DNA of 64,000 bases from Octopus bimaculoides (taxonomy: Eukaryota), in the NCBI RefSeq assembly GCF_001194135.2, contig NC_068999.1, forward strand, positions 40,572,106 to 40,636,105, written 5' to 3'. Positions 54,495 to 64,000 of the stretch are shown here, piece after piece. Within the stretch, counting starts at the first letter, position 1. The number at the start of each line of letters is the position of its first letter. The notes below the pieces were generated by a model, which worked only from the letters and a program-made list of their open reading frames with translations, searched no databases and was not told the DNA's origin. A program made the position numbers and the translations under genes.

Positions 54495-55028
54495 GACGTA
54501 TACTATACATTATATACGCGGGAGTATGTGTTGTGCGCATATATTTGCGAACGCAAAATTTACATTTTTAAGTATTCCCTACACTAATCCATACATGAAC
54601 ATTTATATATACATATGTATGTGAATGTATGTAAATACGTATGTATGTATGTATATATGTATGTATGCATGTATGTATGTATGTAGTTCTGTGTGTAGGT
54701 ATATATGTATCGTATATATACATAAAATAGTTTCTTCTGAACTATATGGGTATTCGTATATCTGAACGTGTATGAAGAATATGTGTATATTCATATATGT
54801 ACACATCAAGGATTATATTGCTGAATTTTGTGGTGGATCTCCGTCACTGGTCTATGAGTATTCAATACACCTACATTAAGTTCTGTATTCATGTATTCAC
54901 TTGTAATAGACTTAGATTACCACCGAAGCATATGCTATGTTTACATTACACTCAGGAAGAGGCTGCGTGATACGGTCTGTAGCTATGTTGTAGCGTTTTT
55001 ACAGATAGATAGATATATAGATAGATAT

Positions 55029-55065
<37 letters not shown>

Positions 55066-55076
55066 CAGAGACAGAC

Positions 55077-55123
<47 letters not shown>

Positions 55124-55144
55124 GACAGACAGACAGATAGATAA

Positions 55145-55188
<44 letters not shown>

Positions 55189-55892
55189 GCAGATAGATAG
55201 AGCTATCACGTTGTTTATTTCCAATACTTTTTACGGCGTCAGTTTGCCCTTTCTATTTTGGAGAAACCAAAGACACATTCTAAACTGTTGAGCGGTTGCG
55301 CTGGTGTCGGTGGTTGTTGCGAAGGTTGTGTCGGTGGCAGCGGTGATATTAGTGATGGCTGCATTATCGTCGGTGGTTCTCTGCACATATTAATTAGTGG
55401 GCGGTAATCTCCATTCACCGTCAAAATCTAGGTCGTTTTAGTTTGTTCCTCTGTTCTTCAATAAAAAACAAAATAAAAACAAAATGTTAAAAAAATATTA
55501 CAAATTTATAAAAGAACGAAAAAAAAAAAAAAGAAAACATCGCCATTCTCTCTTCCCGTATTTTGAACCCTGCCTGTGAAATACAGCTGTCAGTCACGTA
55601 CCACATCTTAAGTGATTCTGCGTGACTAAGCATCATTTTTATTATTTTATTATTTCAATCATTTTTATTTTATTTTATCTTTCCATGATGTTGGTGATTT
55701 GTTTTCGCTTATTTTTATATTTGATTATGGTTTCTCCCTCACTGCACTCATTTTCGTTCTTTCTCCCCCCTCTCCCTTTCTTTAGTTCTTGCTCCATGAG
55801 TTTGTCCTCTGATCCAATGGTTTCTCTTTAAAAATTATCACTTAATTCGCTTCTGCATTACTTTCATCTCATTAAACCTCTTTAATTGTCAG

Positions 55893-56042
55893 TCATCGAG
55901 GAAGAGCTGGTCATGGACGATCGTTCAAACTTACAGGAAATAAGAGCGGATAGGTTACAATGGATTACATCACATCTCAAAAGCTTTGTTTTTTTAAATG
56001 ACACATTGGACTATGTAGTCTTTGATACACTTATGTTCCCAG
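55893..56042 (+). CDS. Candidate internal coding exon, product unknown (speculative)
   Basis: 150-bp stop-free phase 1/phase 1 segment between TTTAATTGTCAG| and CCAG|GTAAAG, encoding xIEEELVMDDRSNLQEIRADRLQWITSHLKSFVFLNDTLDYVVFDTLMFP. No recognised homology. Confidence 0.2.
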
Positions 56043-56130
56043 GTAAAGAATATTCGGTCGCACAGCGAGAACATCTTTGATCGTAGAAGAACTGTTCAAT
56101 CGCTGCTGATTCAGGTTTAATCAACAGCGG

Positions 56131-56184
<54 letters not shown>

Positions 56185-56277
56185 TGATGGCGACGACGAT
56201 GACGACGCATGCTACTGCTGCTGTTATTAATATTACTACTTCCAATAGCACTGCTGTTACTATTACTGCTATTACAA

Positions 56278-56497
56278 GGCGTCGAGCTGGCAGAAACATT
56301 AGCACGCCGGGCGAAATGCTTAGCGGTATTTCGTCTGTCTTTATGTTCTGAGTTCAAATTCCGCCGAGGTTAACTTTGCTTTTCATCCTTTCAGGATCGA
56401 CAAATTAAGTACCAGTTGCGTACGGTGGGCGATCTAATTGACTAGCCCCCTCCCCCAAAATTTCGGGCTTTGCACCTAGAGTAGAAAAGCTAATATT
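56278..56497 (+). mobile_element. Full-length tRNA-headed SINE family A
   Basis: GGCGTCGAGCTGGCAGAAACATTAGCAC (A box) and GAGTTCAAATTCC (B box, 56350-56362). Several paralogues occur in the window. Confidence 0.9.
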
Positions 56498-56711
56498 GCT
56501 ATTACTAATAAGACCAGTAATAGTGTGACTATGGTTACTACTACAACTACGACTACTACTTCGACAACTACTATTGCTACTACTACCTATCTCACAACAA
56601 CAACCACTATGATTATACTACGACGATGACAATGTCTTCTTCCTCTGCTACTACTGCTGCTGCTGCTACTAATAATAATAATAGTAATACAAACACAACT
56701 AATATTTTATT

Positions 56712-56826
56712 CTTTTATTCTTTTACTTGTTTCAGTCATTTCACTGCGGCCAAATTGGTGCACCGTCTGTAGTCGAGCAAATCGACCCCAGGACTTAGTC
56801 TTTGTAAGCTTGGTACTTATTTCGAT
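56712..56826 (-). mobile_element. SINE family B 3' fragment
   Basis: GTTTCAGTCATTTCACTGCGGCC...TAGTCGAGCAAATCGACCCCAGGACTT..TCTTTGTAAGC. Confidence 0.8.
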
Positions 56827-57666
56827 TCCTACAAAAACTGCTTTCCAGTATTTAACGCAACAATTTATTTAACTTTGCTCTGTCCCCACTCAAATCAAGA
56901 TGAATACTTCGTATTTTTGCTCTTTATACACTCAGTGGCAAACTGGATAATCTCTACATTAATGGGGTTCTGTAAGATTTCGACGGATTTAAGGCTAATC
57001 CTTTGTCTTTTTATTTAGTTACGTTATAAAAACTATTGACTTCTTTCTCCGTGATCCTCCCAAAAAGGACGAAAGTAAATTCATTATTCAAATACTGCGT
57101 CCAATGCCACCGACGATAAGATTTCCTTAGTAAAACTGTTGACTTAAGCAAATACAAGAAAAATGTTTTGTTTTGGTAATTTCTTTCCCATACGTACGAG
57201 ACATGATGTATAAATTATTGGACGTCCAACAATTATTAGCACCAATATTCAATTTTCATGTGTTATCTTTATATTGGTTTCTTTTCTCCCTGGGCAAATG
57301 CGCAATATATGTTTTTTATCGACGCCATTTTATGGCAAAATAATTTAGTTAAAATAATATTATCTAAATGAAATCAACACAAAATAACTTGTGCTGCCAG
57401 TTGATCGTTATTCTATATATATATATTTCCTTGTTATTGGATGGTTTATAGTTCTAATAGCAGCGAGTTGGAAGAGATGTTAGAGTGTCGGAGAGATTTC
57501 ACATTCTGAGTTTGTTTGCTCTCACTTCAAATTTCGCAAAATTTAACTTTGACTGTCGTTTACTTCTTAATTGAAAGGTAAAATACCTGTTCAGGTTTGG
57601 GGAGGGTGGATCGATTCCTTTTCTCTCTTTCTTTGTTTCTCTCTGTATGAACTTGACTGTGTTCAG

Positions 57667-57728
57667 ATGGGGAGAACGATCGGCTGAACCAATATACAAG
57701 TGTTGAAGACATCATTATGTTTCGATAA
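57667..57728 (+). CDS. Candidate terminal coding exon (speculative)
   Basis: Pyrimidine tract 57617-57645 then TTCAG|; the phase-1 frame gives (D)GENDRLNQYTSVEDIIMFR*, compatible with the 55893-56042 candidate. Confidence 0.12.
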
Positions 57729-57971
57729 ATCCCGCTATCTGTTTAACTTCATTGGGAGTTGAGGGACCGCTTTGCTACTATGTGGTCTAATGCTTAGTTC
57801 CATTGTACGGAACGTTCGGAGAGTGTTTTCTGCTCCACCCCCGGATGGCTTGTGAATGAACTTCAATGAGGATGCGAGTGTTTGGGGGAGTGTATGCGTC
57901 TGTATGTTTTCTTCAATTAGAAACCTATGAAATACCAGTTGAGCATTATTATTGTTGTTGTTGTTGTTGTT

Positions 57972-58170
57972 GAGCTGGCAGAAAAGTTAGCACNNNNNNN
58001 NNNNNNNNNNNNNNNNNNNNNNNNNNNNNNNNNNNNTCGACTTTGCCTTTCATCCTTTCGGGGGCGATAAATTAAGTACCAGTTATGCACTGGGGTCGAT
58101 GTAATCGACTTAATCCCTTTGTTCTTGTTTGTCCCGTCTATGTTTAGCCCCTTGTGGGCAATAAAAAATT
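57972..58170 (+). mobile_element. SINE family A variant with a different 3' tail (interrupted by an N-gap)
   Basis: GAGCTGGCAGAAAAGTTAGCAC...TCGACTTTGCCTTTCATCC...GTTTGTCCCGTCTATGTTTAGCCCCTTGTGGGCAATAAA. Confidence 0.85.
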
Positions 58171-58219
58171 TTTTTTTTTAATATTATTATTATTCTTCTT
58201 ATTATTATACTAACATCAA

Positions 58220-58292
58220 GGCGGCGAGCTAGCAGAATCGTTAGCACGCCAGGCAAAATGCTCGACTGCATTTCGCCCGTCTTTCCGCTCTG
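58220..58292 (+). mobile_element. SINE family A 5' head, truncated
   Basis: GGCGGCGAGCTAGCAGAATCGTTAGCACGCCAGGCAAAATGC. Confidence 0.8.
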
Positions 58293-58294
58293 GT

Positions 58295-58371
58295 AGAAAC
58301 ATCGTAATTCTCAACCGTAAACACTAAAGCATCTGTGTGCCTACTTTGCATCTTCCGGGTGCAATAGTCAA
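58295..58371 (+). mobile_element. Internal fragment of the MITE found at 61857-62109
   Basis: 77-bp near-identical match to 61974-62051. Confidence 0.75.
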
Positions 58372-59233
58372 ATGAGTTCTGCAAAAGTTGATTTTGACGC
58401 CGAACAATCGACTATAGGCAATTCCTATCGGATTAAGATTTTTGTTTTTAGTGAGCAAAAAGAATTGCCAAAGTGTCCAATGATATGTATTTGAACATGA
58501 TAGACAAATACAGGTATATCAAATACCATACAGTATAAATTCGTGCTCTAAATTTAATTATGACTTACTCCAGAGGAGTAATTCGGAATTGCCAAATCAT
58601 AATTGCCAAATACAAATGATAATCTTCAATTGAAAGAAGGGGAGATAACCCCTGTGCTGAAGAGGGTTATTGAGATAAAAACTCTTATCTCCAAACGCTA
58701 AATCTGTCTTCTTTAATGGTATGTCAGCTTTTGAGAATTTACGACGCCTCTATTGAGCCTGATCTTAATTGCCATTTGGTAATTATAACATATTCTCTAG
58801 AGGCAGAGATTATCTTAATAAATCAAGAGGTTTTGTTGAATAGTAATTGATACACCTGTATTTGTCTACAGAGTAGAGGATGAAATGTCTTCCAGAAATA
58901 GCATTCTGACATTTTGTAACATAATACGTTAGGTAACAATAATGAACAGATAGAATAGTAACTAAAGACAATATATTGACCACAGCAATATTGATCCTGC
59001 TAATGAGCCACCATCGCATTTAAATCATTGAGACACATAATATGTTCGTAGTATATTTCATTACAACTATCTTAAAGTAGATTTAATATGTTGCAATCAC
59101 TTGCATTTTAAATAACAAACATTCAATTCTCTTTCTGGTGATTCAGAGAACAATGAATACTTGTAATAAAATATATACTCATATGCATATATGTATAAGT
59201 ATGTGAATATTATATGTAAATCTATAATCTATA

Positions 59234-59267
<34 letters not shown>

Positions 59268-59967
59268 CATTTTATCATTTTATCTAATTTCAGCTCATGA
59301 GCTTTGGCCATGCTGGGGCACCACCATATATATATATATATATACAAACATATATTTATAATTATATGTAAGTATACACGTATAAATAGATACATGTATA
59401 GATACACAAATACATGTATGCATAAGTAGATCCATCCATCCAAACATATATACATACATGCATATATTTGTAGATGTATACATATAAATGTAACAAAATG
59501 TATGGTCAAACACTCACGAAACGGTGAATATTAAATGAAAGCTAAAAATATAGATTAATAATTTTGATATTTTTATTAAGAGTAACTTCGAAGTTTCGAC
59601 GATATATATTATATATTTATATCTAAGTGTCTGCATGCTGAATGTGAGTGTCCCTCTGTATAGGTGTGTACGTGTTTGTGTGTGTATGTGTGTATTTAAA
59701 ATATCTTAGTAATTCAGTCGACTACGATTTAATGAATATGTGTGTGTGAGAGAGTCTGTGCGTATGTGTGAGTGTGTTTACATATATGTACGCTGAAGTA
59801 TAACTATATACATGTGCATCAATCTATGTATTCTTGTATACATACATATATTCCTATGCACATATATATACGTATGTATAAATATGTGTATCAATTTATG
59901 TATGCTTGCATGTATACATATATGTGCACTAATACCAACACACAAATGTATACACAAACACACACCC

Positions 59968-60058
<91 letters not shown>

Positions 60059-61534
60059 AGACAGCGAATCTTACAGCGAGTGAGAAAGCATTAAAGCTGA
60101 TGTATCAGTAATATTTGCACAATTTGCGAAGAAATATATATTTGATTTGTGATAAGAATAAGAAATTTAAGTGTTATGTCACCATGACATGATTCCTAAC
60201 TGCTGCATTTTAACTAATATCGCCCACAAATATTTCATCTTAAAAAATGATTTATGACTGATTGTAAAGACAAAAAAAAAAACTCTTATCATATTTCTCG
60301 ATGTTCTATCAATTTTCTATCTTGTTTCTAAAATACTACATCCATATTTTTTACCATATTACTGGCATATCCATAACCATATATATATAGATACATACAT
60401 AAATACATACACACACACACACATATAAATATATATATACATATGTGTGAGAGAGTGTATATGTATATTTCTTTGTATGTATGCATGTATCTATATGTAT
60501 GGGCGTATATATTATATATGTTCCATACATTACGCATTATATATATANNNNNNNNNNATATATTGTATATATATGTATGAACATAACATGTATTATGTTT
60601 GTTTTGTGGTTTTTCTCGATATTCTTTTAGCAATTTGTTATATTAAAGGCCATTTTATAAAATACTATCGATTACAAAGAAAAGTACGTTCTTTATTTTT
60701 GCAAAATTCTTGATGTGAAATCGTGAAACAGATTTCGTTGTATCTCAGTTGGGTCTTTATGCTAATATTAATTACATGCCCTGGCTCTATTTCACTTCTT
60801 TTTATAATGAGCTACTTAACCATTAACCAATTAATTCATTGATTGATTAGTCGGCTAGTCAGACTTTTAGCAATGTCCTTTCGCCATTCGTGACAGACCT
60901 GGAGAAAAGGCGTGTCATTGAAGGACTTTGACATAACTAGCTAATTGAATGATTGACCGAACGATTAATCAAATAATAGATTTATTATTTGGTGAAATAT
61001 TTAGTTAACGAGTTGACCAGTGTTAATGCGTAGTGAAAATAAACTTGTGCATGAACTTTTCTTTTCGTTTTTTTTTTTTTTTCATTAAACGCCTCTCGAT
61101 ACGCATTCTTAATTTTACATAACAAAACGCATTTCATATCCAACAGCTGAAATATAGCTATTGTATCGTGATGATGGCAAATAATAGACAGAATGTATAT
61201 CTAATAGATGCTAAAGTTTGGAGGCGCATAACGCAACAATGTGTGAACTATATCGAATTGTCAGAAACAGTAGATTCACACACCTAATACAAAATTATGT
61301 TGTTTAAATAATAACAGGAGGATTGAAATCCTTTTCCAAACTTTTTTTCATTCTTTGTGTCTATAGATTCATACAATATTAATTAGAAAACTGACGGCAT
61401 AAGACGGTGGTGTCCAAAGAAAACGCATTGCTTTGCAACTACAACGGAGATTCATACTCTGTTAATTATCAATATCGTTTGTACATAGGGGTTAAAAAAT
61501 GAATACAATATTTTTCCCCAACTGTATTTCATTT

Positions 61535-61682
61535 TCAGGTTATGAGTAAAAATTTCCCAGAGGTCGAATTTACCTTTCATTCCTTTGATGAAATAAGTAT
61601 CAGTCATTGACTGAGGTCGATGTAGGTAACTTACTCCCTCCACACAAAACTGATGGCTTTGTGCAAAATTTAAAACCATATT
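61535..61682 (+). mobile_element. SINE family A 3' portion (diverged)
   Basis: GAGGTCGAATTTACCTTTCATTCC...AATAAGTA.CAGT...GGTCGATGTA...CCCTCC. Confidence 0.65.
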
Positions 61683-61856
61683 AACATCCATGCGTTATAT
61701 TCCTTGAAAATTCACATGTAATTTTGTCCTAAGATTCTTTTTTTATCCGCTGTCTATATACAACGTAGCACCATATAGCATCTCAGAGTCCTTTAATCTC
61801 CTCGATTCTTCTCTCTCAGTTGACATCAGCTATCATTAAATTAATTACCTTACGTC

Positions 61857-62109
61857 TTAACCTTCTGAACCGACGTGTACACTTTATCGAGTGCGATTAC
61901 TTTTGATTATACACCCGGAAGACGCAAAAGAGCATGGCCACATGGTTTTATATTTACGCTTCAATAACTGCGCAGAAACATCGTAATTCTCAACCGTAAA
62001 CACTAAAGCATTTGGGTGCCTACTTTTGCATCTTCCGGGTGCAATAGTCAACATAAAAAAAAAGATATCGCGGCTGTTTAACAGCATACATGAGTATTCA
62101 AAGGGTTGA
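61857..62109. mobile_element. Degenerate piggyBac-like MITE
   Basis: Ends TTAACCTTCTGAA / TTCAAAGGGTTGA form an imperfect TIR with a TTAA-like terminus. Subterminal inverted arms CACCCGGAAGACGCAAAAG (61912-61930) and CTTTTGCATCTTCCGGGTG (62023-62041) differ by 1 mismatch. No ORF. Confidence 0.55.
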
Positions 62110-64000
62110 GAGATAAATTTCATTTAAAGTTTCCTTCTTTTTATACGTGCCTTGGTATGTACTAACATACGCTAGAATAAATAACAAAATCAATGTTAAT
62201 AGACTTAACGACTCAATTCGTACTTTATCGGAGTTCGTTTTTCGCACTTAGAAGCATTTTATAACTGTCTTTATTTTCTGCAAATCAATTATGCGACACA
62301 CNNNNNNNNNNNNNNNNNNNNNNNNNNNNNNNNNNNNNNNNNNNNNNNNNNNNNNNNNNNNNNNNNNNNNNNNNNNNNNNNNNNNNNNNNNNNNNNNNNN
62401 NNNNNNNNNNNNNNNNNNNNNNNNNNNNNNNNNNNNNNNNNNNNNNNNNNNNNNNNNNNNNNNNNNNNNNNNNNNNNNNNNNNNNNNNNNNNNNNNNNNN
62501 NNNNNNNNNNNNNNNNNNNNNNNNNNNNNNNNNNNNNNNNNNNNNNNNNNNNNNNNNNNNNNNNNNNNNNNNNNNNNNNNNNNNNNNNNNNNNNNNNNNN
62601 NNNNNNNNNNNNNNNNNNNNNNNNNNNNNNNNNNNNNNNNNNNNNNNNNNNNNNNNNNNNNNNNNNNNNNNNNNNNNNNNNNNNNNNNNNNNNNNNNNNN
62701 NNNNNNNNNNNNNNNNNNNNNNNNNNNNNNNNNNNNNNNNNNNNNNNNNNNNNNNNNNNNNNNNNNNNNNNNNNNNNNNNNNNNNNNNNNNNNNNNNNNN
62801 NNNNNNNNNNNNNNNNNNNNNNNNNNNNNNNNNNNNNNNNNNNNNNNNNNNNNNNNNNNNNNNNNNNNNNNNNNNNNNNNNNNNNNNNNNNNNNNNNNNN
62901 NNNNNNNNNNNNNNNNNNNNNNNNNNNNNNNNNNNNNNNNNNNNNNNNNNNNNNNNNNNNNNNNNNNNNNNNNNNNNNNNNNNNNNNNNNNNNNNNNNNN
63001 NNNNNNNNNNNNNNNNNNNNNNNNNNNNNNNNNNNNNNNNNNNNNNNNNNNNNNNNNNNNNNNNNNNNNNNNNNNNNNNNNNNNNNNNNNNNNNNNTATA
63101 TATATATATACATACATATACATATATACTTCTGCGTGTGTGCATGTGTGTGCGCGTGTGAAACTAAGTATATATATATACATATGTATATACAGGCATA
63201 CAGACATAAGTATATATACATACACGATTTCTTCATGTATTAATACGTAGAAGCAATAATTAAAGACGGAAATGAAGAATTCTAACATAATGAAACAAAA
63301 CAATATATAATAGCAGAAGGGACTCAAATGTCACACCTTCTAAACGTGTACGAGGGACTGCAATTAATAACAATCAACGTGTAGTAGCCGAAGTATTTGT
63401 ACGATCAGTTTGCTATCGTGCACGCTTCGCTTCATTTTAATGATGAAAACTGAAAGTGACGCCGTTTTAAACATTACAGGAAACGGAGTAAGTTGGCATA
63501 GGCGACTGCGCAATTTTATATCCCATCGTTATTATCATATTGAACTAAAAGCGGGAACTCCCTGGGTTCCATCAAGTACACTACGGTTTAATTCTTCCTT
63601 TTTACGTGTTTTGTATTTCTTTCTGTGCTTGGTTTGGTAACTTGTTTTAGATAATCTGCATCGCAATTAGTTTGCACTCATTATATCGGAGTCATACTAT
63701 CTATTAAATGTCAATGGAAGAAAGGAAACGCCCCCTCATACATACATACATACATACATACATGCATGCATGCATGCATACATATACAAACACATACAAG
63801 CATACATACAAACACACATCACACAGACACATACATATATACATACACACACGCATACAAAAATATATACATACACACATCATACACATACATACACACT
63901 CACACACACTTACATAAATATATACATGCACACACACACAAATATATGTATATATGTGTATGGTTATGTATATATATATATATATATATATACGCACACA

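Noticed and set aside
56278-56365. tRNA gene
   Set aside because: A and B boxes are present but there is no cloverleaf, and the sequence continues into a multi-copy SINE body.

Overview
AT-rich, microsatellite-saturated metazoan genomic DNA from a draft short-read assembly, with about 25 N-gaps totalling roughly 7.5 kb. The SINE families and the extreme simple-repeat density point to an octopus, probably Octopus bimaculoides (inference from recalled repeat families, no search run). I find no convincing intact protein-coding gene, rRNA, tRNA or CRISPR array. Almost every ORF in the track is a translation of microsatellites or N-gaps. The window is intergenic or intronic DNA full of dead mobile elements: one near-full-length DD34D mariner with two frameshifts and one nonsense codon; a second mariner 3' end; two internally deleted DD37D/maT-like transposase remnants; RTE, R4/Dong and other LINE fragments; two abundant tRNA-headed SINE families plus other dispersed repeats; a piggyBac-like MITE; and Penelope-like element (PLE) remnants. 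The most interesting signals are three minimal type-I hammerhead ribozyme motifs of PLE type (one with an intact core inside a 52-bp inverted repeat, two with a substituted A6), and a perfect 16-bp minisatellite that arose at a microhomology deletion between two catalytic Asp codons of a dead transposase. A possible pair of host exons (55893-56042, 57667-57728) and a promoter-like motif cluster near 40.7 kb are low-confidence. I cannot support a wholly new biological system from this sequence.
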